This document shows, piece by piece, positions 35,579-45,644 of a stretch of DNA of 64,000 nt. The translations under genes were made by a program, and so were the position numbers. Positions within the stretch are counted from its first letter, which is position 1, and every line of letters starts with the position of its first letter. The notes below the pieces were generated by a model, which did no database searches, was not told the DNA's origin, and saw nothing but the letters and a program-made list of their open reading frames with translations. Origin of the DNA: an uncultured Gemmatimonadales bacterium. GTDB lineage: Bacteria > Gemmatimonadota > Gemmatimonadetes > Longimicrobiales > RSA9. The stretch is from positions 384,001 through 448,000 of the forward strand of contig OY970192.1 in the NCBI GenBank assembly GCA_963708135.1, written 5' to 3'.

Positions 35579-38023
35579 CTACTCCGCGCGCAGCGCGGCG
35601 GCGGGCGCCACCGCGGCTGCGCGCCGGGCGGGCAACAGGCAGGCGGCGGCGGCCACGCCCGCCAGCAGGACCGGCACGGCGGTGAAAGTGAGGGGGTCGA
35701 GGGCGCCCACGCCGTAGAGCAGGGAGCCCATGAGACGGGCGAGCGCGGCCGCGGCCAGCAGCCCGACCGCGAGCCCCGCGGCCGTGAGACCCAGCCCCTG
35801 GCGCAGGATCATCGCCAGCACGCGGCCGCGCCGTGCGCCGAGCGCCATCCGGATGGCGATCTCGCCCGAGCGGCGGCCGACGGTGTAGGCGACGAGGCCG
35901 TAGATGCCGACGGCGGCGAGCGCGAGCGCGAGCAGGCCGAAGAGGACGAGGAGCGTGGTGGTGAAGCGCGGTTGCGCAACGGCCTCTCGGACGACCTCGT
36001 CCATGGTCTGGACGTTGGACACCGGGAGCCGCGGGTCGAGTCCGTGCACGATGCCCGCGACCGAGCGCGCGAGGGCGAGCGGGTCGCCGGCCGCACGCAC
36101 GGCGAGGGTGAGGCCGCGCGGCACGCGGCTCCCGCCGCTGGCGGCCGGCCACTGCGCGATCGGGTGGAACATCTGCGCGTGCGGTGTTTCGACGATGGCG
36201 TTCTGCCGGACATCCCCCACGATCCCGACGACGGTGGTCCACGGCTTGCCGCTCGTGCCGAGGTGGAACCGCTTCCCCAGCGCGTCCTGGCCCGGCCAGT
36301 ATCGGGCGGCCATGGTGGCGTTCACGACGACGACGAACGGCCCGCCGTCCCGGTCGTTCTCGTCGAGGAGCCGACCGCGCAGGAGCCACATCCCCGCCGC
36401 CTGGAAGTAGCCCGGCGTGACGATCTGCCAGTCGGCATGCGGGTTCTCGTCGGGCTGGCGGGGCCGCCCCTCGATCGTGATCGACCAGTCTCCCATCTCC
36501 TCCGTGAGCGGCAGGATGCGGGCGGCGCCCGCGGCGCGGACGCCGGGCAGGGCCCGCACGCGCTCGAGCAGCGTCCGATAGAAGGCGATGACCGCGGTAT
36601 CGCCCGGGTAGTCGGCCGGCGGCAGCGAGAGGCGCAACGTGAGCACGTGGTCCGGGCGCACGCCAATGTCGATGTCGCGCAGCTTCCCGAAGCTGCGCAC
36701 CATGAGGCCGGCGCCCACCACGAGCACCACCGCCAGGGCGACCTGGGCAACCACCAGCGTGGCCCCGACCCGGCGCCGCCGGACCCCGAGGGAGGTGCCG
36801 CGCGCGCCCTCCTTGAGCGCCGGCACGAGGTCGATCCGGGAGGCGTGGAGCGCCGGGACGAGGCCGAACGCCACGCCCGTGCCGAGCGCGAGGAGGAGGG
36901 TGACCCCCAGCACGGGCCCATCGAGGTGCACGCCGGCAATGCGCGGGACACCGCCGGGGCTCAGCGCGAGTAGCCCGCGCAGCCCCAGGGCGGCGAGCAG
37001 CAGCCCGCCGGCACCGCCGGCCAGGGCGAGCAGCACGCTCTCCACCAGGAGCTGCGTCACCACGCGGCGGCGGCTCGCTCCCATGGCGGTGCGGATGGCG
37101 ATCTCGCGCTGCCGGCCATCGGCGCGAGCGAGCAGCAGGTTCGCCACGTTGGCGCACGCGATGAGCAGGATGAAGCCGACGGCGCCCAGGAGCAGCAGCA
37201 GGATCGGCCGGACGTGCCCCAGGACGAGGTCGGTCACCGGCACGGCCACGTCGCGGAAATCGTCGGGGCGCTGCACGAGCCCGGCGGCGGCCCAGCGGTC
37301 CGCGACGACGCTCAGCTCCGCCGTCGCCTGGCGTGGCGTGGCGCCCGGCCGGAGCCGGGCGAGCGCATAGAGGTAATGGCTGCCTCGGCCGTGCAGCGAG
37401 TCCGGCTGGAGCGCGAGCGGCAGCCACACGTCGGTCGGCTGCTGGGCGCGGTAGTCGGTCGGCAGCCTGAGCCCCGGCGGCAGGACCCCGATTACCAGGC
37501 GCGCCCTCCCATCGACACGAAGCACCCGCCCGACCACCGGCTGCCCGCCGAAGCGGCGCTGCCAGAGGCCGTAGGAGAGGAGCGCGACGTCGTCGTGGCC
37601 GGGCACATCCTCGGCCGCCGAGAATGGGCGGCCCGCCACGGGACGCACGCCGAGGACCGAGAACAGGTTGGCGGTCGCGCGCGCGATGCCGACGCGCTCC
37701 GGCCCGCCCGTTCCCGTGAGGTTGGCCTCCTCGGCGTCGTAGGCGGCCACCCCGGAGAAGCTGGCGACATCGCGGCGGAAGTCCATGAGCTCGGGCTCCG
37801 AGATCCACGCGATGTCCTGCCCACTGCGCCGGTTGGCGAGCCCCACCACGCGCCCGGCATCCGCGTATGGCAACGGCGCCAGCAGCACGGAGTGGATCAC
37901 GCTGTAGATGGCCGAGTTGGCGCCGGTGCCGAGCGCGAGGGTGAGGGTCGCCACGGCCGTGAAGCCGGGCGCGGAGCGGAGGCGCCGCAGCGCGTAGCGA
38001 ATGTCCTGGGCGAGCGAGTCCAC
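35579..38023 (-). CDS. Duplicated MacB/FtsX-type ABC permease (ADOP-like)
   Basis: QDIRYALRRL..PGF, LLIACANVANLLLAR..R.REIAIRTAMGA, second repeat EIAIRMALGA, PAAALRAE. Confidence 0.92.
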   Translation of the reverse strand: MDSLAQDIRYALRRLRSAPGFTAVATLTLALGTGANSAIYSVIHSVLLAPLPYADAGRVVGLANRRSGQDIAWISEPELMDFRRDVASFSGVAAYDAEEANLTGTGGPERVGIARATANLFSVLGVRPVAGRPFSAAEDVPGHDDVALLSYGLWQRRFGGQPVVGRVLRVDGRARLVIGVLPPGLRLPTDYRAQQPTDVWLPLALQPDSLHGRGSHYLYALARLRPGATPRQATAELSVVADRWAAAGLVQRPDDFRDVAVPVTDLVLGHVRPILLLLLGAVGFILLIACANVANLLLARADGRQREIAIRTAMGASRRRVVTQLLVESVLLALAGGAGGLLLAALGLRGLLALSPGGVPRIAGVHLDGPVLGVTLLLALGTGVAFGLVPALHASRIDLVPALKEGARGTSLGVRRRRVGATLVVAQVALAVVLVVGAGLMVRSFGKLRDIDIGVRPDHVLTLRLSLPPADYPGDTAVIAFYRTLLERVRALPGVRAAGAARILPLTEEMGDWSITIEGRPRQPDENPHADWQIVTPGYFQAAGMWLLRGRLLDENDRDGGPFVVVVNATMAARYWPGQDALGKRFHLGTSGKPWTTVVGIVGDVRQNAIVETPHAQMFHPIAQWPAASGGSRVPRGLTLAVRAAGDPLALARSVAGIVHGLDPRLPVSNVQTMDEVVREAVAQPRFTTTLLVLFGLLALALAAVGIYGLVAYTVGRRSGEIAIRMALGARRGRVLAMILRQGLGLTAAGLAVGLLAAAALARLMGSLLYGVGALDPLTFTAVPVLLAGVAAAACLLPARRAAAVAPAAALRAE

Positions 38024-38093
38024 GAGGGCTCCGGGGTGGGGGGAGCAATGGTCGCGCCGGGTTGGATCCCGCGAGAGCCCGCAGGGTTGGAAG

Positions 38094-39095
38094 CTAGACC
38101 CCCTTCTCGCGCCAGAGCCGCTCGAGGTCCGCGTGCCGCGGGCCGATCCGCTCGCGCCACTCGGGGAGCGCGTAGATGCCGTCGGTGGGCGGCGGCGCGC
38201 GCTCCGCCGGGGGCGTGCGTCCGAGCACGTCCGCGACTGCGCGGCGGAGCGCCTGCCGCGCCTCCCGCATGCGCGTGTGGAACGCGGTCTCCACCCGCGC
38301 GTAGGGGCTCATGTTCTGCGCGCTCGGGTGCGTCAGCCAGAGCACCGCGGGCAGGGGCGCCCCGGCCCACGCGGCTGCCCACGCAGCGAGGAAATCGGGA
38401 TCCGGTGCCGGGTCCGCGGGCCAGGGTGCGGCCACGCCCCGCTCGAGCCCCGCGCGGGCGAGGCGGGCGAGGCCCGGCAGGCGGAGTCGTCCGCGGAGCG
38501 GGCCGGCAGCCGCGATCGTCGCACGCAGCCCGACGTTCCCGAGGGCGACGACCAGCCGCGGCCCCGCGGCGAGGAGCGTGTCCCGCAGCAGGTGCACGCT
38601 CGTGGCATACTCCCCGACCGGCGCCGCGATCTCCGCGGGCGTCGGCTCTCCGCCGCCACGCGCGGGCAGCTGGTTCAGCGCCGCGGTGAGGAAGGTGTGG
38701 TTCCGGTCGGTCCCGATCTCCGCCAGCAGGACGTCCAGGTTCGCGCCGGCGATGTCGCCGCCGAAGGGGATGCGCGTGCCGTGCGCGCCCATCTCGCTGC
38801 CGCCCTTCCCCCCCGCGTTGCCGGGGGCGGCGCCGACCCACACGATCTCCACGCGCCGCCACGCCCCGTTCCGCCGCGACCAGACGATCGGCCGGGGCTC
38901 GGCAGCGCCATCCGCTCCCGCGCAGGGCGCGGACAGCCACTCGTCGCGCAGGCAGGCGGGATGCCCCGCGTGGACGCGCTGGTGGATGTGGCGGAAGCGG
39001 GCCTCCTCCGTCGCCGGCGCCGATCGCTCCGCGGCGCGCGGCCCCCCCGCTCCGGCCGCCCGCCCCGCGCAGCGGCGGGCCTGCCGGGCCGCCAT
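38094..39095 (-). CDS. Divergent uracil-DNA glycosylase superfamily protein (family 4/5-like)
   Basis: WVGAAPG, IPFGGDIAGANLDVLL, FLTAAL, PRLVVALG, LTHPSAQN; start may be internal. Confidence 0.65.
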   Translation of the reverse strand: MAARQARRCAGRAAGAGGPRAAERSAPATEEARFRHIHQRVHAGHPACLRDEWLSAPCAGADGAAEPRPIVWSRRNGAWRRVEIVWVGAAPGNAGGKGGSEMGAHGTRIPFGGDIAGANLDVLLAEIGTDRNHTFLTAALNQLPARGGGEPTPAEIAAPVGEYATSVHLLRDTLLAAGPRLVVALGNVGLRATIAAAGPLRGRLRLPGLARLARAGLERGVAAPWPADPAPDPDFLAAWAAAWAGAPLPAVLWLTHPSAQNMSPYARVETAFHTRMREARQALRRAVADVLGRTPPAERAPPPTDGIYALPEWRERIGPRHADLERLWREKGV

Positions 39096-39554
39096 TTAGC
39101 CGGCCCCCTCCCCCGGCGCGATGCCGGTGACCTCGACCTCCACGGGGATTCCCGCACGCACGCTCTCGGTGACGATGCAGAAGTCCTCGAAGACATCCGT
39201 GCAGCGTGCCATCCGCTCGGCTGGCTGACCTTCGGCCAGCCGCGGATCGAGCTCCACGCGCAATGCGCCGATGCGCAGCCGGCCGCGCTCGTTCCGCACG
39301 ATCGTGCCGTGCACGCGGGCGTCGATCCCCGCCACCTCCAGGTGCGCCCGCTGGAGGCAGAACAGCAGGCTGGAGGCGAGGCAGTCGCCCAGCGCCGCGC
39401 CGAGCACGCGCGCCGCGTTCGGGCCCTTGCCCCCGCCCAACGGCGGCGGCTCGTCCATGAGCAGCTCCGCCACGTCCTGCTGGTCGAAGCGGGCGACGAG
39501 CTCGTAGTCCCGCGTCCGCGACAGCGTCACCGTGAATCGCCGTTCCTCTTCCAT
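39096..39554 (-). CDS. OsmC-family protein
   Basis: MDEPPPLGGGKGPN, ALGDCL, FEDFCIVTESVR. Confidence 0.9.
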   Translation of the reverse strand: MEEERRFTVTLSRTRDYELVARFDQQDVAELLMDEPPPLGGGKGPNAARVLGAALGDCLASSLLFCLQRAHLEVAGIDARVHGTIVRNERGRLRIGALRVELDPRLAEGQPAERMARCTDVFEDFCIVTESVRAGIPVEVEVTGIAPGEGAG

Positions 39555-39722
39555 GTCCCTGGCTCTTTCTCTCTCTGGATGAAGGCATTCCGCGCCCGGA
39601 ATCTAGGCGGGTCACGCGACGGCCGTCCACCGCGCGCGCACCGCGTGCTTGACGCGTCCGGCGTCGGGCGGCGATCTTCGCCGCGGACCGAGCGTACCCA
39701 ACCGCGTCAGGCAAGGCCACCT

Positions 39723-40793
39723 GTGAAGCTCAGAACGCCGCTGCTGCTCCTCCCGCTGATGATCACCGCCGCGTGCGGGCAGGAGCACCCGCTCCGGCTC
39801 GGGATCGTGGCCGGCGGGAACGTCTTCGACGCCGCGGACCTCGCCGTCCGGGAGGTGAACGCCACCGGCAGGGTGAACGGCAAGGCGTTCCGCATGGTCC
39901 GCGACACGAGCGGCCGCCCGGCGGCCGAGGTGGCAAGGGACTTTGCGGCCGACACGTCGCTTCGGGCGGTGCTGCTCGACCCCGGGGTGCAGGGCGCCCG
40001 GGACATGGCACACATGCTCGACTCTCTCGGCGTTCCCGCGATCCTGCTCGGGCCGCCCGTGGCGACGCCGGGTCGCTGGACGTTCACCCTGCTGCCGCGG
40101 CTGGAGCGGGAGGCATCCCTCATGACGGGAGAGGCCGAGGCGCTCTGGAAGCCGAAACGCGTAGCGCTGGTCCGCTCGCCGGACGCGTACGGCGACTCGA
40201 TGGGCGCGGCCGTGCGCGCCGGTCTGCCGGCGGGTGTCCGCGTCGTTTACGACTCGGCGTATCCGACCGCCACCGACAGCGTTACGCTCGATGGGCTCGC
40301 GAAACGGCTGATCGACGCGAACCCCAACCTCATCTACTGGCTCGGCGGCTCACGCGAGCTGGGCGGCGTGATCGGCCCCGTGCGCGCGGCCGTCCTCGAC
40401 CTGCGGCTCCTGGGCAGCAATGCGGTCGAGGCGGCCAGGGTCTATCAGAACAAGGGCGGCAACTTCGACGGCCTCCTCTTCGTCCAGGCCGCGGATCCGA
40501 CCGCCGACAGCGCCCGCTATGCCAACTTCCAGTACCGCTTCACGGTCTGGATGGGCCGGCCCACCACCAGCGCTGCCGTCCTCGCCTACGACGCCGGCGC
40601 CATGCTGGCCGCGGCGCTACGGGCCGGAGCCAGCACGCGCCCGGCGCTGCGCGACTACCTGGCGTCCCTCGGCGGCAGCCGCCCCGCCTACGCGGGCGTC
40701 GGCGGCCCGATCGCCTTCGATTCCAGTGGGGTCGCGAAGCGGAAGCTCGGCCTGGCGGAGGTGACGAATCAGGGAATCAGGAGAGTGGAATAG
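39723..40793 (+). CDS. Periplasmic binding protein type I (LivK/LivJ-like) lipoprotein
   Basis: GTG start, lipobox TAAC, AVREVNATG, DAYG, LAYDA, YAGVGGPIAFD. Confidence 0.8.
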   Translation: MKLRTPLLLLPLMITAACGQEHPLRLGIVAGGNVFDAADLAVREVNATGRVNGKAFRMVRDTSGRPAAEVARDFAADTSLRAVLLDPGVQGARDMAHMLDSLGVPAILLGPPVATPGRWTFTLLPRLEREASLMTGEAEALWKPKRVALVRSPDAYGDSMGAAVRAGLPAGVRVVYDSAYPTATDSVTLDGLAKRLIDANPNLIYWLGGSRELGGVIGPVRAAVLDLRLLGSNAVEAARVYQNKGGNFDGLLFVQAADPTADSARYANFQYRFTVWMGRPTTSAAVLAYDAGAMLAAALRAGASTRPALRDYLASLGGSRPAYAGVGGPIAFDSSGVAKRKLGLAEVTNQGIRRVE

Positions 40794-40850
40794 AAGCTGG
40801 GGGTTCGGGATTCGGGGCTGGCTCCGGGCTCAACCCCGGCTCCCGAGGTC

Positions 40851-41390
40851 CTAGATGCTGTCGAGGAGGTCGTCGATGGCCTTGGCCACGGCATCCCTGG
40901 CGCGGCCGCCGAGCAGGTTGTCGAGCATCTCGGAGACGTCGCCCTTGGCATCATCGGGGTGGCGGCGGTCGCGCGCCGCGCGGACCACGCTGCCGATCGG
41001 CAGGAGCGCGAGGCGGGTCTCGTCCGACTCCGTTTCGCCGTAGCCGGTCTCGACCTCGGCGGGCGGCGGCGGGACGCTGGCCTTCCAGGGCTCGTCCGGC
41101 TCGTCGTCGGGGCCCTTCAGCTTCTCGGGGTCGACCGGCAGCACCAGGCACACGCGCGCATCGATGTTGCCCTGCGGGTCCTCGGTGGCGGCCAGCGCGA
41201 CCGAGACGGGGGCGCTCAGCAGCATGCGGATGGCGTCCACGGCCTCGGGCGAGACCACGCCGCGGGCAATGAGGTTGCCGGAGTGGTAGTAGCCGAGGCC
41301 TACGGCGCCCTGGGGAACGGCCTGGTGGCGGATCGGGCGCGCGTCGATCTTGAGCGGCTCGGGGTGCGTAATGACGAGCAGTTGATCCAC
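40851..41390 (-). CDS. Hypothetical cytoplasmic protein
   Basis: GTG at 41390 after GGAGG; C-terminal 179 aa of the long ORF have normal composition (LGYYHSGNLIARG...EPWKASVP...LALLPIG). Confidence 0.75.
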   Translation of the reverse strand: MDQLLVITHPEPLKIDARPIRHQAVPQGAVGLGYYHSGNLIARGVVSPEAVDAIRMLLSAPVSVALAATEDPQGNIDARVCLVLPVDPEKLKGPDDEPDEPWKASVPPPPAEVETGYGETESDETRLALLPIGSVVRAARDRRHPDDAKGDVSEMLDNLLGGRARDAVAKAIDDLLDSI

Positions 41391-41563
41391 CGGCCCTCCT
41401 GGCTGCACGGGTCCTGAGCAGGATGTAGCCCCGTTCCTCACAATGTGTTCCAGCGTCCGCGACCACGCAAGCGGAGGGCGGCCGCGGGAGCGGAACAACC
41501 CTTGAAGCGGCGGTGTAGCGCAACCGGCTACAGCACCACCCCGCCCACCGTGGGAGGCGACGC

Positions 41564-42739
41564 ATGCGCTCCGAGACCCTGCGGCTGCAGCCAGCGAGCC
41601 TCGCCATCCTCCTCCTTCTCGTCCTCGGCACGCCCGGCGCAATGCTCGCCCAGAGTCGGGGCAGGTCCCAGCACACGCGCGAAGGGCCGAGGCGCATCGA
41701 GCCGCCGCCGCGAGCCGGAACGCCGTCGGCGCGCGCGGCCGGGCAGCGAGCGGAGGGGGCGGCCCGCGAAGGCCCGGCCTGGCACACGCGAACGGCGCCC
41801 GAGCGCCGGGAAGCGCACTGGAACGGACCGGCGCTCGCGCCGGAGGGTCCGCGCTTCGCCCCCGGGGGCGGCCCCCGGCTGGCGCCGGAGGGAGTGGGGC
41901 CGCGGGCGCCCGGGCGCGTCCTGACGCGGTCCGGCTGGGCGCCGGGGCGTGGGGAGCCGCGGCCTGCGGACCACGCCCTGACGCGGTCCGGATGGGTCCC
42001 GGTGCCCGCTCGAGGCCGCGGGCGCGGCGCTGGCGGCGGATGGGACGATCGGGCCGCGCGGGAGCGGGATCGCGAGGCCGGGCGTCGCGGGCCGGGGGGT
42101 CGCCTTCCGTACAGCGTGAAGCACGCCGGCGACGGCGGCCACACCAAGATCGTCGATGTGGACGGGACGCGCTGGGCCGGGACCGGCTGGGGCGGCCTGG
42201 GCGGCGTGGCCGCGCGGCATCCGCAAGCGGACGGGGCGCGCAGGGCGCATCGCCTTCCGGCGTTCGGTCGGCCGGGCGAGCCGAGGCGGGGCGAGCCGAG
42301 GCGGGGCGAGGCGCCGCTCGGGGGCATCTCGTGGGCGCGATGGGCTGGCGGACGGGCCTTCCCGGGAGCGTTCGTCCTGCCCGTGCGCCGGCGCTGGTGG
42401 CGCGCCCCGGCCTGGTGGGGCTTCGGCTCGTGCCTGGCGCCGGCGGGTTTTTCCCCGTACGGCTACGACGCCTACGGCTTCGGCCCGTTCGGCTTCGTGG
42501 CCGCCTCGTTCGGCTACGAAGGCGGCTACGGATACGACGGCCTCGGCTGGTCGGTGGGCGTCGTCCTCCCCCCGCGGCCGTACCCGCTCGCGCGCTGGCG
42601 GGCGTTCCCGTGGGCGGGCGGGTGCGGCTACGCTCCGCTCGGCGTTTTCTGGACGCCGCGGGGGCAGCGCTGCGCGCGCGTGGCCGTGCGGAGCGTGAGC
42701 GGTAGCGACTATTTCGTGGACGTGGGAAGCTGCTGGTAG
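41564..42739 (+). CDS. Secreted low-complexity (Gly/Arg/Pro-rich, aromatic C-terminus) hypothetical protein
   Basis: GGAGG RBS; signal peptide LAILLLLVLGTPGAMLA-Q; internal repeats LTRSGW x2 and GEPRR x2. Confidence 0.55.
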   Translation: MRSETLRLQPASLAILLLLVLGTPGAMLAQSRGRSQHTREGPRRIEPPPRAGTPSARAAGQRAEGAAREGPAWHTRTAPERREAHWNGPALAPEGPRFAPGGGPRLAPEGVGPRAPGRVLTRSGWAPGRGEPRPADHALTRSGWVPVPARGRGRGAGGGWDDRAARERDREAGRRGPGGRLPYSVKHAGDGGHTKIVDVDGTRWAGTGWGGLGGVAARHPQADGARRAHRLPAFGRPGEPRRGEPRRGEAPLGGISWARWAGGRAFPGAFVLPVRRRWWRAPAWWGFGSCLAPAGFSPYGYDAYGFGPFGFVAASFGYEGGYGYDGLGWSVGVVLPPRPYPLARWRAFPWAGGCGYAPLGVFWTPRGQRCARVAVRSVSGSDYFVDVGSCW

Positions 42740-42752
42740 ACACCGTCCCGGG

Positions 42753-44528
42753 CTAGAAGCCGCCGCCGCCGCCGCCGCCGAAGCCGCCCCCGCTGAACCC
42801 GCCGCCGCCGAATCCGGAGCTGCTCGACGAGCTGCGCGGCGAGGAGCTCATGACCGAGCCGGTGTGGGAGCACATCTGCTGCAGGCGCGCGGTGAGCACG
42901 CCGGCGCGGAAGCCGGCCGGGTCGGTGCCGATGTACCAGCTGGGGGGTGTACGGTAGGTGTCCTCGAAGGCGCGGGCCCAGCTCTTCTCGACGGCGAAGG
43001 CCATGGCGAAGGGCAGGTATTTCTCGAACATCTCGGGCGTGCGCACCATGCGCCGCAGGCGGTCCCCCTCCACCCGCCCGAGGAACTCCTCGAATCCGAG
43101 CACCTCCTCGAGCGCGCGCGCACCGGCCGGAGTGCGCGCGGGCATGAAGTAGCCGAAGAAGGCCACGATGACGCCCGTCGCGATGCCGCCGATGACGAGC
43201 GGCAGCGGAGACTGCCCGAGCACGTTCTGGGCGAGCGGCGCGGCGCCGAGGAAGGTGCCGGCCGCCAGGACGATGCCCGCGGTCATGTAGGGCACGCGGA
43301 CGGAGTCGGGGCGCCGCCGGTAGTAGCCGAGGAAGACGAGCCGGTCGAAGATCCCGTTCCGGATCTCAGGCAGGTGCTTGTAGAAGGAGTTGGCCAGCTC
43401 GGAGGTCTCGATGCTCTCCGCATCGCCGCTGAAGAGGGAGGCCAGGAGCGCGCGCTCGTGCGGCTGGAGGCTCCCCCACTCGGCCGCTCCCTTCGCGCGG
43501 TGGAAGACGTACTCCTGCTTGTGGACCAGCCCGAAGGCGTGGGACTCCTTCCGCTCCTCGATGGTGATGAAGCCGCGGACGGCGAGATCGACCAGCGTGG
43601 CGGTGATGTCGCGCAGGTCGGGACGGTTGTCCAGCAGCGTGCCGGCCTCGGCCGGGCCGAGGCCGGCGGGCGGCTCGTAGCGGGCGGTGATCGGGCGTAG
43701 CCGCGGGTCGCGTCCCTTGCGGCGCCAGAGGCCGAACATCACGCCGAAGCCGAGGAACGGCAGCAGCAGCCCCCAGTTGCCGGCCAGGAAGAGCCCCGCC
43801 TTGTCGATCGCGCCGGGCCGCTCGACCACGCCCGGATCCCAGCCGGTCACGAGCGTCATGCCCTCGTGGAAGCCGAGCGGGCGCGCCGTCTCCATGAGGA
43901 CGGAGTTCGGGGCGTCGATCGTCTCCCGCGCCCCCTCCTCGCGCGAGCCGCGCACTCCCGTGTAGCCGGTCGCCCGCAGGTGCTCGACGGCGGGCGGGAG
44001 GTAGAGCCGCACGCTGGCCCCCTGGATCGGCACGTCCCACTGCGTGCCGGTCACGTTCCAGTACAGCTCGTCGTGGTCCTCGAAGAAGCGGAGCGCATTC
44101 AGCACGTGGTAGTGGATGACCACCGTCTTCCACGCGTCGTGGGCGCCGGGGACGTACACCTTCAGCCGCAACGAGCCGTGCTGCCGGCTCCTCTCGTACC
44201 GGAGGGCGACGCCCTTGTCGTCCGTCACGCCGTCGAGGCGCAGCTGCAGCGTGTAGTTCAGGCCGCCGGGCGCATCGTACTCGATGGGGATCGTGCGGTA
44301 GATCCCGTTCCACGACCCCTGGAAGTGGAAGCGGATGCGCTCCGTGACGACGAGCACCCCGTTCCGGCGCACGAGCAGCTCGGCGTCGAAGCGCTCGACC
44401 GTGAGCTCACGGGCGCTCAGACGTGGCGCCGCGGAGGCCAGCAGCACGAGCGCGAGAAGGAGCGGCCGGGCGCGCCGGAAACCGGCCCCGGCGCCGCCGG
44501 TCCGCGAAGCGGCGCGGGCCTGCGTCAT
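42753..44528 (-). CDS. DUF2207-family membrane protein
   Basis: DELYWNVTG, ATLVDLAVRG, FEKYLPFAMAF, C-terminal GGGFSGGGFGGGGGGGF; follows lemA. Confidence 0.9.
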   Translation of the reverse strand: MTQARAASRTGGAGAGFRRARPLLLALVLLASAAPRLSARELTVERFDAELLVRRNGVLVVTERIRFHFQGSWNGIYRTIPIEYDAPGGLNYTLQLRLDGVTDDKGVALRYERSRQHGSLRLKVYVPGAHDAWKTVVIHYHVLNALRFFEDHDELYWNVTGTQWDVPIQGASVRLYLPPAVEHLRATGYTGVRGSREEGARETIDAPNSVLMETARPLGFHEGMTLVTGWDPGVVERPGAIDKAGLFLAGNWGLLLPFLGFGVMFGLWRRKGRDPRLRPITARYEPPAGLGPAEAGTLLDNRPDLRDITATLVDLAVRGFITIEERKESHAFGLVHKQEYVFHRAKGAAEWGSLQPHERALLASLFSGDAESIETSELANSFYKHLPEIRNGIFDRLVFLGYYRRRPDSVRVPYMTAGIVLAAGTFLGAAPLAQNVLGQSPLPLVIGGIATGVIVAFFGYFMPARTPAGARALEEVLGFEEFLGRVEGDRLRRMVRTPEMFEKYLPFAMAFAVEKSWARAFEDTYRTPPSWYIGTDPAGFRAGVLTARLQQMCSHTGSVMSSSPRSSSSSSGFGGGGFSGGGFGGGGGGGF

Positions 44529-44540
44529 CCCGCCCACCAC

Positions 44541-45080
44541 TCAGAACGAGACCCTGGGCGCTTCCCGCTCGGCGCCGGCCACCTCGAAGAACTCGCGCGC
44601 ATGGAAGCCGAATAGCATCGCCACCATGTTGCTCGGGAACTGCGCGATCCGGGTGTTGAAGTCCCGCACCACCGCGTTGTAGTAGCGGCGCGCGTTCTGG
44701 ATCGCGTCCTCGAGGCCCTCCAGCGAGTGCTGGAGCTGCATGAAGTTCTCCGATGCCCGCAGCTGCGGGTACGCCTCCGAGAGCGCGAACAGCGACTTCA
44801 GCGACTGCGCGAGCATCCCTTCCGCCTCCGCCTTCGCCGCCGGCCCCTGCGCGTTCATCGCCTTCGAGCGCGCCTCGACCACCGCCTCCAGCGTCTGCCG
44901 TTCGTGGCCCGCGTACCCTTTCACCGTCTCCACCAGGTTCGGGATCAGGTCATAGCGCCGCTTGAGCTGCACGTCGATGTCGGCCCAGGCGTTGTACGCC
45001 TGCACCCGCAGGCGCACCAGCGTGTTGTACGCCCAGAGCCCGAACAGGGCGATCGCGGCCAGGACGATGATGGTCCCCAT
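44541..45080 (-). CDS. lemA: LemA family protein
   Basis: AWADIDVQLKRRYDLIPNLVETVKGY, EAYPQLRASENF, ARRYYN, FPSN. Confidence 0.95.
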   Translation of the reverse strand: MGTIIVLAAIALFGLWAYNTLVRLRVQAYNAWADIDVQLKRRYDLIPNLVETVKGYAGHERQTLEAVVEARSKAMNAQGPAAKAEAEGMLAQSLKSLFALSEAYPQLRASENFMQLQHSLEGLEDAIQNARRYYNAVVRDFNTRIAQFPSNMVAMLFGFHAREFFEVAGAEREAPRVSF

Positions 45081-45349
45081 TGCCGTACCTTTCGTTTCAG
45101 GGGCGGTGGTGTCGGTTCACGGTGGGAGTTCCTAGGATACCGAGGACGGCGGGGGAGGTAAAGAGTGTCGTGAGGGGAAATGAGAGCGCGGGACGGGGTC
45201 GGCACGCGCGGGCTCGCGGTGCTTCGCGCCCGCCCGACGCGCTTCGCGCCCGCCGGCGGGCTTTGCGCCGCGCCGATCCTTGCCGGACATGGGCCCGCGC
45301 CGACGCCCGCGCGAGCGCCCGGTGGCCCCGGACGCCCCGCGGCTCACCC

Positions 45350-45550
45350 CTACGGCGGCGGTGCGGTGCCGCCGTTGCGCGGCGGTGGCTCGCGGCGGGC
45401 CATGTTGCCGGCAATGGCCAGGATGGCGATGCCGGCCATCACGACCACGCCGACAATGATCCAGGTCTGCGACAGGCCGAGCAGGCTGGCCGCCCATGCA
45501 ATGCCGCCGATCAGGACGGCGAAGCCAAGCACGTAAAGCGCGATCGACAT
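45350..45550 (-). CDS. Small two-TM membrane protein
   Basis: GAGGAG RBS; MSIALYVLGFAVLIGGIAWAA...WIIVGVVVMAGIAIL. Confidence 0.75.
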   Translation of the reverse strand: MSIALYVLGFAVLIGGIAWAASLLGLSQTWIIVGVVVMAGIAILAIAGNMARREPPPRNGGTAPPP

Positions 45551-45644
45551 CTGCGTCTCCTCGGGCCGGGGTCCGATTCGTGAATCCGGCCTGGCAGGGG
45601 AGCAAGGGCCGTACCGGAGAGATAAACGTCTGTGGTGAAAGGGG

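Noticed and set aside
35579..38023. ABC permease without an ATPase as a novel system
   Set aside because: Orphan duplicated permeases of this type are a known, commonly expanded family; the ATPase is typically encoded elsewhere.
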